Below, piece after piece: positions 56,220 through 64,000 of a DNA stretch of 64,000 bases. Each line of letters begins with the position of its first letter. Within the stretch, counting starts at the first letter, position 1. Made by a program: the position numbers and the translations under genes. Source of the stretch: an uncultured Candidatus Saccharibacteria bacterium (GTDB lineage: Bacteria; Patescibacteriota; Doudnabacteria; UBA920); NCBI GenBank assembly GCA_964650255.1, contig CAZYQT010000004.1, positions 6,501-70,500 of the forward strand, read 5' to 3'. Under the pieces are notes generated by a model, which searched no databases, was not told the DNA's origin, and worked only from the letters and a program-made list of their open reading frames with translations.

Positions 56220-57437
56220 TTATGCAGGTTCGACTGATCCGCGCTTCCACTTATGTAAAACCGCAAGACCAATAATCATAAAGACGGTCATTGATGCCAT
56301 AGCGATTCGATATGAAGTCGGATGACTACCTAGAGTCAATAGAATACCACCCCAAGTTAATGGACCCACAAAAGTGGCAAAGCGTTCGGCAATAGTGTAA
56401 AAAGAAAAACCATAACCTAATTGTTCCTTCGGCAGAACCGTACTCAAATAAGAACGAGTCACGGTCCATACCGAACCAATCAACAAACCACTAATTGAGC
56501 CCATGGCTACAAACATTACAAAAGTGGATGATAAAGCTAGTAATGGAATCACAAGAATCCACATAAGTAAAATTATTTTCAAAGTCTTCAACGCACCGAT
56601 CTTATCTCCTAGCCAACCAGCGATAATACCACCAACGGCTGAACCAAGTAAAATAACCATTAATAAAATTGATTTAGTGGTGTCTGCGGTATGGAAGACT
56701 CGCTCCATATATATCGAGTAGTTATTGCTAATAGTTAGCAAAGCGTCATTAAAAAAGAAGAACGCGACCAACATTGGAGTTGCAGCAGAGACTGCAAAAA
56801 AAGCAAACATCTTTTTAAGATAGGATTTAGTTTCTGCTTCTATATTTTCTTTCGACTCTTGTGTATTGGCTTCTCTCGGAGATTCTTTGTAAAAAATCAT
56901 CATTGGTAAAGCGAGCACAAAGAAGACTCCCACTGCTGGCAATAGCGGAGCCAAATGTGAATGCGCTAATGGCAAACTCATCGCAATGCCGAGAATCAAA
57001 CCCATGGTGTTAGCAAATTGACCAATACCTGAAGCGCGAGTACGATGAGCTTCATCAGCAATTTCTGTAAGCAGCGGATTATAAAAAACAAATGACAACT
57101 GGTAGAAATACTGTCCGACCAAAAATAGTAAAGCAATAATCCAAACATTTATTCCATGACCAGCGAGCACAGCAACCAAACCGTAACCAATAAATGTTCC
57201 AATAGTTGCAATGTTGACCATGCGCTTTCGACCGCCATGCTTATCAGTATGAGCAGCTAAAGGCGGTGCGGTGAGTAGCAAGATAATTGTAACAATGGCA
57301 AAAATAGCGTTATACCAAAAATCAGAAAAGCCAGCATCGATAACTATCCACTGCGCAAAATAAAGAACAAAGTTAATGTAAATAAACGAATTGGCAAAGT
57401 CGTACAGAGCCCAAAAAAACAATTGTTTTTTGTTCAT
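56220..57437 (-). CDS. MFS-type transporter
   Basis: 405 aa, about 12 TM helices with MFS-like periodicity. Confidence 0.65.
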   Translation of the reverse strand: MNKKQLFFWALYDFANSFIYINFVLYFAQWIVIDAGFSDFWYNAIFAIVTIILLLTAPPLAAHTDKHGGRKRMVNIATIGTFIGYGLVAVLAGHGINVWIIALLFLVGQYFYQLSFVFYNPLLTEIADEAHRTRASGIGQFANTMGLILGIAMSLPLAHSHLAPLLPAVGVFFVLALPMMIFYKESPREANTQESKENIEAETKSYLKKMFAFFAVSAATPMLVAFFFFNDALLTISNNYSIYMERVFHTADTTKSILLMVILLGSAVGGIIAGWLGDKIGALKTLKIILLMWILVIPLLALSSTFVMFVAMGSISGLLIGSVWTVTRSYLSTVLPKEQLGYGFSFYTIAERFATFVGPLTWGGILLTLGSHPTSYRIAMASMTVFMIIGLAVLHKWKRGSVEPA

Positions 57438-57880
57438 GTGGTTAATTTAATAAACTCACTTCTTAATTTCATCCAAATTTTGCCCATTTTATTTTGACCC
57501 GAGCCGTCTTTGCCAGTACCCCAATAGCTGTCGGTCTCGCTCACTTTTAGCAATTCCCTATCTCTGGTCTCAGTTAAGACTTTGAGGATGTCTGGATGCT
57601 GATTTATTTTAGCACGAAACAATTCTTCCATGACTGCCTCTTTATCAAAATTTTCAATTAACAAATTCAAATCTACCTTATGTCTCTGTGCAATTGCCCA
57701 AGCTTCTAGCGGACTAGTTGCGTTCTTGATACTATCCCTTTCCGCCCCTGGTTTTATTCGCGCGCACTGGTAAGCATGTTCAACTGTTGCAAACTTTTCG
57801 CCCCAAATCGAAATTTGATGTGCAGAAAATGGCGACAAATAGTTAAACCGGTTTTCTAGAAAATTGATGGGTTTGTCCAT
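57434..57880 (-). CDS. NADAR-domain protein (YbiA-like N-glycosidase, DUF1768)
   Basis: FLENRFNYLSPFSAHQISIWGEKFATVEHAYQCAR... matches the NADAR signature (F.SNF....F....F.S.EH.YQ). Confidence 0.65.
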   Translation of the reverse strand: MDKPINFLENRFNYLSPFSAHQISIWGEKFATVEHAYQCARIKPGAERDSIKNATSPLEAWAIAQRHKVDLNLLIENFDKEAVMEELFRAKINQHPDILKVLTETRDRELLKVSETDSYWGTGKDGSGQNKMGKIWMKLRSEFIKLTT

Positions 57881-57922
57881 ACCTCCATAATATCAAAAAC
57901 TCGCACTAAGGGCGATTCACTA

Positions 57923-58180
57923 TTATTTATCAATTTCAAACACCTTTCGCTTAGATGTTTTCCCAGACACTAATTTAATCAAACTCTTTGGCACTTTAAA
58001 GTAGCTAGCCAATGCCCTTACAATAGCATCGTTGGCTTGCCCGTGGATTGGCAGTTCTTTTACCGCAACTATATATTCAACAAGATCTGGCGTATCTTGC
58101 TCAAAACCCAAAGCAGGCTGACTTACCCTCTGAACCTTCTCTTCTCTGGAATTTGGTTTAGACTTTACGACAATCTTCAT
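57923..58180 (-). CDS. DUF167 (YggU-family) protein
   Basis: 85 aa. VKPNSREEKV...IAVKELPIHGQANDAIVRALASYFKVPKS matches UPF0235/DUF167. Confidence 0.55.
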   Translation of the reverse strand: MKIVVKSKPNSREEKVQRVSQPALGFEQDTPDLVEYIVAVKELPIHGQANDAIVRALASYFKVPKSLIKLVSGKTSKRKVFEIDK

Positions 58181-58557
58181 TGCAACTTCCTGCGAGCCAA
58201 ACTTTTGGATATCTGCTCATGATTTAAACCAAAATGATGGCCAATCTCATGCCAAACAGTATCAGCTACCTGTTTCCTGATAATTTCAGGGTCTGATGAT
58301 ATAGCTAAAAGAGGTTTTTTAAAAATAGTAATTTTGTCAGGTAAAGCCATGAAGTAATAATTACCTCGAGCGCTTTGTGGCACACCTTCATACAGCCCCA
58401 ACAACGTGCGATGTTTATCGAGGTTCATTAATTTGCGCTGACGTGGAGTGGGCTCATCTTCAATAACAAAAGCCAGATTACTCAGCTTGTCGCGAAAAAT
58501 CTCCGGTATTGCACCTATGCCATCTAAAACTAATTGTTCGAATTCTGAATCATCCAT
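58177..58557 (-). CDS. zincin-like metallopeptidase family protein (HExxH)
   Basis: 126 aa. WHEIGHHFGL HExxH motif. Resembles the DUF1025/Zincin_1 small peptidase family. 4-nt overlap with the downstream gene. Confidence 0.55.
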   Translation of the reverse strand: MDDSEFEQLVLDGIGAIPEIFRDKLSNLAFVIEDEPTPRQRKLMNLDKHRTLLGLYEGVPQSARGNYYFMALPDKITIFKKPLLAISSDPEIIRKQVADTVWHEIGHHFGLNHEQISKSLARRKLQ

Positions 58558-58630
58558 AGATATTATATGAGTACTATAACAAAAACTCGCCCTTCAGGCG
58601 ATTTTAAGAGAAAAGACGAAAGTATCAACC

Positions 58631-59170
58631 TTAAGAAAAAACTATTTGCCTTGTCTGCCGCTGAGAAAAATGTATGACTAATTCAAACGCACAAACCAAA
58701 ATGGCTAAATAAGCCAAATCGCCTATCAACATGTTGCGAAAAAATGGTAACCCGAGCTGATATGCAAACAAAAGTCCAGCAAAATTCTTTTCGTACCAAG
58801 GCGAGAACATCCATACTGCTGCATTGGTCACTAGAAAAAAGAATACTGATGAACCCATCACCGATAGTCCCCCGACCAATACTGAACCGGATTTTGTTGT
58901 CATCCACGCCAGAAAACCGATTGCCAAAAATGACCCATAGACTGTAAGCATAATTGGCCAAGAATAAAATCCAATCATTAAATCAGATATAAACATAACT
59001 GATACGGGCAATATAACCGCCCAGCGTTTTCCTAGATACAACCCTCCCACAAAAGCAATGGCAGTAACAGGGGTTAAATTTGGTAAATGAGGCATTGATC
59101 TAATCAACACACCAAATACAACCAAAGCCACCGCTGTAAGAAATATTGTTTTATTATTTTTAAAATGCAT
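58631..59170 (-). CDS. polytopic membrane protein, putative substrate-capture component associated with DUF4430 (cobalamin uptake context)
   Basis: About 180 aa with 5-6 TM. Start probably at MHFKNNK rather than the ORF-track start at 59215. Immediately downstream of the DUF4430 gene. Confidence 0.4.
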   Translation of the reverse strand: MHFKNNKTIFLTAVALVVFGVLIRSMPHLPNLTPVTAIAFVGGLYLGKRWAVILPVSVMFISDLMIGFYSWPIMLTVYGSFLAIGFLAWMTTKSGSVLVGGLSVMGSSVFFFLVTNAAVWMFSPWYEKNFAGLLFAYQLGLPFFRNMLIGDLAYLAILVCAFELVIHFSQRQTRQIVFS

Positions 59171-59174
59171 AAAT

Positions 59175-59618
59175 TTATTGCGTTGATTTGCCAAAATACC
59201 AATCCACAGAATCACCGTTTTTTAGTTTATATTGATCTGCGCCAACCTGTGGCATAACACCATTTACTTTATATTGCCAATATTCATCAGTCGTTCCATT
59301 GCTTAAATTACCCATCCCAACGACCAAAGTACCCATACCGGAATATTCTTTAGTAACCAGCTTTATTTCAGGATTAGATCGGTTGAGAGAGTTCAGCAAA
59401 TCTAACAAACTTGAATTTTCAGCAATAGTGACCGGTTTGTTCTGAAATAGACCCTCAACGGTCAAATTAACATTCAGAGTTTGGGGGGTACGCACTTCCT
59501 GTAAATTTTGACTGTCTGACGAAGCGTCTTTTTTTATAATTTGTGGTGCTCCAAAAATTAAAGCCGCTACTATGACAGCAATTCCTAGAAATGGTAAAAG
59601 TGTTTTTTTGTTCATCAT
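59175..59618 (-). CDS. DUF4430-domain secreted protein (transcobalamin-like B12-binding fold)
   Basis: Signal/anchor (TLLPFLGIAVIVAALIFGA). C-terminal GDSVDWYFG characteristic of DUF4430. Confidence 0.5.
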   Translation of the reverse strand: MMNKKTLLPFLGIAVIVAALIFGAPQIIKKDASSDSQNLQEVRTPQTLNVNLTVEGLFQNKPVTIAENSSLLDLLNSLNRSNPEIKLVTKEYSGMGTLVVGMGNLSNGTTDEYWQYKVNGVMPQVGADQYKLKNGDSVDWYFGKSTQ

Positions 59619-59622
59619 TGTT

Positions 59623-60180
59623 TTAATTAATTCTATACGAAGGAGAGACTTCTGCAGCGTTTTCTAACTCAGCGGAATAACGAGCTAAAACATAGAGCAG
59701 GCTAGACAACCGATTAAGATATGCCATTGTGGATTCGGATAATGTTCGAAAGTTCCTTGAATTAATTACTGCTCGCTCAGCCCTGCGAGATAAAGCCCTT
59801 GCATAGTCGCACAGTGCTGATGTAAAGTTTGCCCCAGGTATTACAAAGCCATTAGGTTTTACAATAATCTTCTCCATGTAATCAATGGTGTCTTCTAACT
59901 CATCGACATGGGCTTTTGTCAGGGTTTTGTCTGCACCAGCTAATTCTGCTTGAACTAAAAATAAACACTCTTGAACCTTAAGTAACTCAGGAAGCACTTC
60001 TCCAGATATTCCAGGAGACATTCCGTTACAAATTGCTTTACTTGCTCTGCACAAACCTAACAAAGAATTAAGTTCATCAAGAGTTCCGAGAGCTTCGTAA
60101 ATTGGGCTATTCTTTGGAAACCGATCTCTAGTTCCAAACAAACCCGATGTTCCAGTATCACCTTTGCGAGTGTATAACAT
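59623..60180 (-). CDS. pduO: ATP:cob(I)alamin adenosyltransferase, PduO-type
   Basis: MLYTRKGDTGTSGLFGTRDRFPKNSPIYEALGTLDELNSLLG matches the PduO/MMAB N-terminal signature. Confidence 0.8.
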   Translation of the reverse strand: MLYTRKGDTGTSGLFGTRDRFPKNSPIYEALGTLDELNSLLGLCRASKAICNGMSPGISGEVLPELLKVQECLFLVQAELAGADKTLTKAHVDELEDTIDYMEKIIVKPNGFVIPGANFTSALCDYARALSRRAERAVINSRNFRTLSESTMAYLNRLSSLLYVLARYSAELENAAEVSPSYRIN

Positions 60181-60182
60181 AA

Positions 60183-62528
60183 TTATGTGGTTACTTTAGT
60201 CTTATCAACAGTAATAACTTCCATAGATGGGATGATTTCTATTTCACAAGCACCACCTGCACAAGCCAGCTCCCGTTTTTGTTCCGTTTCGTCGGTCCGT
60301 TCATAAATTAACAGTTTAGAATAATCGATATCCGGGAATGCTGCGCTTAATTCCTCAAATCGCTTTTGGTCAATTGCCTCATACGGGGCTAATTGATATA
60401 CATGATCGAACCTTGGTAAAAAAGACAACCCGCCAATAATATCCCAATTTTTTTGCAGCCAATCCACTACCCCAACCCACTCATCTTCACCAATTGAAAT
60501 GGTTGCTGACGGATTATGCTCAGTGTAATTAAGTTTCACTGTTTTCCAATATTCTAATTGCTCCAAGGCAGTGAAGTCGTCTTTGAATTTTGCTTTGCCT
60601 GGTGATTGAACTGGAAATTCTAAAACATAGGTGGTGGCATTATCTGGATTTTGTCCAACTTCGGGATAATAAGGCACCCCTTGATCACGCAGCATCTTAA
60701 ACAACGAGTCTGTAGCTGAGATGCGAACGCGGCGAATATAATATTTTGAGTGTCGAGGATGAATTCCTGAAGAACAATTAAAGGTTTGCGATACTGTACC
60801 CGAAGGTTTAACAGCAGTAACTGCCAGTGCTGGGTTAATACCAAATCGCTTAGCGTACTCCTCATTTGTTGTTATAGCTATTTCCCTCATATCTGAAAGG
60901 GTTTTTGGGTCACGAGCTGCGCTAGAGTCCCATTGACCAGTAACCGACACGCCGAGCAAGGACTCTGCGCGGCAATGTTCAGCCCATTCTTTTGAAATAT
61001 AATTAAACTTAGTAAGCGAGGCTTGATAGGTTCCTAAAATCGCAGCCAAACGGGTTTTGCGAATAAGGCTGTCATGAGTATCATCTGCGCGAGCAATAAC
61101 TTCGGTAAGATTGCAAAACTGTTTAGACTGCAAAATGATTTCTCCACAAGGATTTGTGCCAATGGGTCCGGTAACCACTCCATCGCTATTCAAAAATCCT
61201 TTGGTTTGGAAATACTTTGCTCTACGCTTTGGTAATGTGGTGTGGAGAAAGCCGCGATTAAAAATCCCGCGTTCCCCAGACCCACTTTTCATCAGTGCCA
61301 ACCACTCTTCCATAAGTTCAGTATTAGTAGGACGATTTTCGTAGACCGCGGAATTATTAGCAACCATGCGATGAGGATCTGACAAAAAGAACTGCCCTTT
61401 TTTGGCATCTCGTAATTCGATGTCATCAAAGTCAGACAAACTAATCATAGCGGTACGACGCACGCCACCGGCAACAACACACTCGCCTATTTTACAAATA
61501 ATATCATGGGCATCTATTGGACGCAGTCTCCTACCTTGACGGCGTAAAATCTTCTCCCTCGAGAATTGCAACAATGATCGTAACGGCTCTGGACCAGATG
61601 CTTTACCACCCATCACCTTCAAGCGAACTCCTGCTGGTCGAATTTGAGAAAAATCAAACTCAATATCTTTACCGTCATACCAGGTCTTTAATCCTGCAGT
61701 TAAGGCATCGCACCAACCCTCCTTTGAGTCACCGACTACGAAGGTTGTAATATGGCCATTAGTTTGTTTTTTTATTTGTGGTAGCTGCTCAATATTCTCA
61801 CTTTCAACTGCAAAACCCACACCGCAACCCTGCATTGATAAATACATAATTTCGGCAAAGTCTTCTATTTTCGTTGGAGCTATGAAAGTACAGTTATAGG
61901 CACAAGCGTTACATCGGCGGGCTGGCTCGCCAGAAAACTGCATCAGTCGCATAGAAGGCATAACCTCTTGACTTAAAATCGCTTGGCGCAGGTCTACATA
62001 TTCAGATTCACTTAACTTGTTAGCTAAATTTTCTTTCATAAAGGAGATGTACCGATCAACTGTTTCTATCCAGGTCTCCCGTCGATTTTCAGATTCAATC
62101 CACCGCGCATATGAACGCAAATAGATAAATTCGCCTAATGGGTTGTTAACAAAATATTTTTTACTTTCCGCGTTAAGTAATCGTACATGCTCGGGTACGT
62201 CTCCGTGCTCTAATCGTTCCTGCTCTCTTTCTGCTCTATAGAGAATATAAGCCTTGGCGGTAGCAGTAAATCCTTGGTGCATTAATTCCTTTTCCACTTC
62301 GTCCTGCACCCCCTCAACACTCGCTGTAAATTCAACATCCACTGTCTTTTTCGCGATTAATTCCTTAGTAACAGCGACGGCAACTACCTGAGCTGATCTA
62401 TCATTAAATTCTCCTGCCGCCTTCATTGCTTTAGTGACTGCGGTGACAATTTTTGCTTGATCAAATGGAACTAGATTGCCATCACGTTTACGGATGTTGA
62501 TAAGTTGACCTTCATTTACTTGCTTCAT
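60183..62528 (-). CDS. nrdJ: ribonucleotide reductase large chain with N-terminal ATP-cone; inferred class II (adenosylcobalamin-dependent, NrdJ-type)
   Basis: 781 aa. ATP-cone (INIRKRDGNLVPFDQAKIVTAV). RNR catalytic core. C-terminal CAGGAC redox pair. No nrdB/nrdG adjacent, but pduO and a B12-binding protein are. Confidence 0.75.
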   Translation of the reverse strand: MKQVNEGQLINIRKRDGNLVPFDQAKIVTAVTKAMKAAGEFNDRSAQVVAVAVTKELIAKKTVDVEFTASVEGVQDEVEKELMHQGFTATAKAYILYRAEREQERLEHGDVPEHVRLLNAESKKYFVNNPLGEFIYLRSYARWIESENRRETWIETVDRYISFMKENLANKLSESEYVDLRQAILSQEVMPSMRLMQFSGEPARRCNACAYNCTFIAPTKIEDFAEIMYLSMQGCGVGFAVESENIEQLPQIKKQTNGHITTFVVGDSKEGWCDALTAGLKTWYDGKDIEFDFSQIRPAGVRLKVMGGKASGPEPLRSLLQFSREKILRRQGRRLRPIDAHDIICKIGECVVAGGVRRTAMISLSDFDDIELRDAKKGQFFLSDPHRMVANNSAVYENRPTNTELMEEWLALMKSGSGERGIFNRGFLHTTLPKRRAKYFQTKGFLNSDGVVTGPIGTNPCGEIILQSKQFCNLTEVIARADDTHDSLIRKTRLAAILGTYQASLTKFNYISKEWAEHCRAESLLGVSVTGQWDSSAARDPKTLSDMREIAITTNEEYAKRFGINPALAVTAVKPSGTVSQTFNCSSGIHPRHSKYYIRRVRISATDSLFKMLRDQGVPYYPEVGQNPDNATTYVLEFPVQSPGKAKFKDDFTALEQLEYWKTVKLNYTEHNPSATISIGEDEWVGVVDWLQKNWDIIGGLSFLPRFDHVYQLAPYEAIDQKRFEELSAAFPDIDYSKLLIYERTDETEQKRELACAGGACEIEIIPSMEVITVDKTKVTT

Positions 62529-62585
62529 AATCGTAAATATTATATATTGATAGTGGTCTATTCATTATAATATAGATGGTCATCT

Positions 62586-62927
62586 ATGAACAAGAAAAAA
62601 ACTGGGGATAAAACCCAAACCACTTACCCACGCCCTAAATGGGTGCCGCAAACCGTCTCCCAAGAGGAAGAGCTTTGCCCAGATTGCTTCAAAGTTGTTG
62701 GCGAAAGAAGTCGATATAAGCTAGTGTGTATGCTCGGAAAGACCAAAACCGGCATGACCGTTGGTGAATTGACTGAGAAAATGAATTTGCGACAGCCTAC
62801 TGTCACCCACCACCTGCAAACTTTGCAATCTGTGCAGGCCGTCCATAGCGAACAGCGCGGTCGGGAGCGAATCTACACCCTCAACCGCAAGGCGCACTGT
62901 TTTGAGGAATGCAACATCCCATATTAA
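62586..62927 (+). CDS. ArsR/SmtB-family metalloregulator
   Basis: Winged HTH (RYKLVCMLGKTKTGMTVGELTEKMNLRQPTVTHHLQTLQ). N-terminal CPDC and C-terminal Cys/His residues. Confidence 0.65.
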   Translation: MNKKKTGDKTQTTYPRPKWVPQTVSQEEELCPDCFKVVGERSRYKLVCMLGKTKTGMTVGELTEKMNLRQPTVTHHLQTLQSVQAVHSEQRGRERIYTLNRKAHCFEECNIPY

Positions 62928-63109
62928 AACTTAATATGAAAAAGTCTCGGAGGAAATATGCAAGACGAAAAAATAACGACTGCGAACATCTGCCTGAAGA
63001 TTGCACTACATGGACATCCAACTCAGCATCGGGCTGCGGTGGCGTTCAAGATAGAAAGCTAACTACTTGCAATAAATGCGGCTCACTCGTCCAGTCAATT
63101 CAGGTTTAA
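62909..63109 (+). CDS. small Cys-rich protein downstream of ArsR regulator
   Basis: 66 aa (possibly shorter from an internal Met). 7 Cys (DCEHLPEDC...GCGG...CNKCG). Overlaps the ArsR gene end. Confidence 0.3.
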   Translation: MQHPILKLNMKKSRRKYARRKNNDCEHLPEDCTTWTSNSASGCGGVQDRKLTTCNKCGSLVQSIQV

Positions 63110-63119
63110 TTATAATTAA

Positions 63120-63160
63120 AAAACAGGGCAATTCTCTTTCGAAAATTTCCCTGTTTTAAT
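63120..63160. terminator. bidirectional terminator (acaggg...tttcgaaa...ccctgt plus T-run)
   Basis: Hairpin between convergent genes. Overlaps the stop of the 63156 gene. Confidence 0.5.
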
Positions 63161-63548
63161 TTTTATTAACCTTGGTGACCACAGCCCGGGTAGATTCGCG
63201 CGTTTTCCGTGGCGGCCTAATTGTAAATGAAGCCTGTTTAGCCATTTCCAGAATGTGCGCTAACTGTTCACTTTTGTCTGCAAAATGCTTGCGGTCATCA
63301 GTTTCGCTCTCATCACCTTTTAATATCGGCTTAGCCTTCTGAACAAATTCATTCAAATTATTAGACAAATCTACATACTCAGATTTACCATTTACCAACC
63401 CTAGCAGCATAGCAATTACCTCATCTTCTAGATTGCGGTACTCGATTAACAGATCATTCATGCCAGGGTTAGCAAAAACATCCGGGAGTTCATCCAGGTG
63501 ATATTTGCGTAATTCCGTATATATTTGCTCTTTTTGGACTGCTGACAT
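63156..63548 (-). CDS. hypothetical protein
   Basis: 130 aa, soluble, charged. No family recognised. Confidence 0.4.
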   Translation of the reverse strand: MSAVQKEQIYTELRKYHLDELPDVFANPGMNDLLIEYRNLEDEVIAMLLGLVNGKSEYVDLSNNLNEFVQKAKPILKGDESETDDRKHFADKSEQLAHILEMAKQASFTIRPPRKTRESTRAVVTKVNKN

Positions 63549-63633
63549 ACATGCAGTATACTCCTATGTCTAAGATATAGATAGCCCTTTTAAAATACTC
63601 GTATTTATTTAAGCCAAAAAGTTTTGGAACCCA

Positions 63634-63885
63634 TTATTTTGTATTTTTTGGAAAGACGATATCAATCAACTCTTCCCTATGCCCACCACGACTTTTTGAG
63701 CCGGGTGCAGAAATATCAATATCAATCGTGTGATTATCATCGGATACTCTCACAGTGGAAATGGCTGCATCAGAACCCAACAACCACTCTAATTCATTGG
63801 CACTAGTCGAGAAGTGCTGTTTTTTAGGGAAGTGTTGTGTTTTTCGCTTTTCAGCATGCAAAGTTGTCATATAATTCCCTTTCAA
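63634..63885 (-). CDS. hypothetical small protein
   Basis: 83 aa. No family recognised. Confidence 0.3.
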   Translation of the reverse strand: MKGNYMTTLHAEKRKTQHFPKKQHFSTSANELEWLLGSDAAISTVRVSDDNHTIDIDISAPGSKSRGGHREELIDIVFPKNTK

Positions 63886-64000
63886 TATATTAATGATAAA
63901 AATTTTAGCTACGCCCTCTGCCTAAATTTTAAATTTGATGACTCTGAGTTAGAGTCTGCTGTGACTCGACCTGAACTAATGGAGTTAAGAACACGAGTGC

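Noticed and set aside
1-64000. Alternative genetic code (UGA/UAG reassignment, as in some CPR lineages)
   Set aside because: Long conserved genes (dnaE, leuS, nrdJ, res) are uninterrupted under the standard code and stop codons fall at expected protein ends.
1-64000. CRISPR arrays, rRNA genes, IS elements/integrases
   Set aside because: No regularly spaced direct repeats and no transposase- or integrase-like ORFs were seen. The only simple repeat is the GAA/GAC tract in scpA.

Overview
This window is a gene-dense (about 90% coding) bacterial chromosome segment of roughly 40% GC, judged by eye, read with the standard genetic code. The housekeeping backbone includes dnaE, thrS, map, two tandem adenylate-kinase paralogs, cysS, dnaB, recR, lgt, an archaeal-type aspS, scpA/scpB, lexA, an ECF sigma factor with an anti-sigma candidate, rplJ-rplL, ppa, leuS and a B12-type ribonucleotide reductase. 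The small proteins, compact operons, a DUF11/LPXTG surface protein and the type-2 AspRS suggest a small-genome, possibly CPR/Patescibacteria-like organism; this is inference only. An accessory island sits next to a tRNA-Glu(CUC) at about 25.3-32.9 kb. It carries a type III R-M operon (mod-res) that continues without a break into a zeta-toxin-like P-loop kinase and a translationally coupled tiny basic ORF. The island also holds a second zeta-like kinase and a compositionally atypical HAD-like gene. Other notable items are a protein combining a sigma-70 region-4 HTH with an RNAP alpha-CTD-like domain, and an nrdJ-pduO-DUF4430-membrane B12 module. There is also an alkyltransferase-like protein (catalytic Cys replaced by Trp), an apparently catalytically dead HtrA-like/PDZ protein, a LexA locus with an apparently leaderless promoter, and numerous bidirectional rho-independent terminators. 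I recognised no CRISPR array, rRNA, integrase or transposase.
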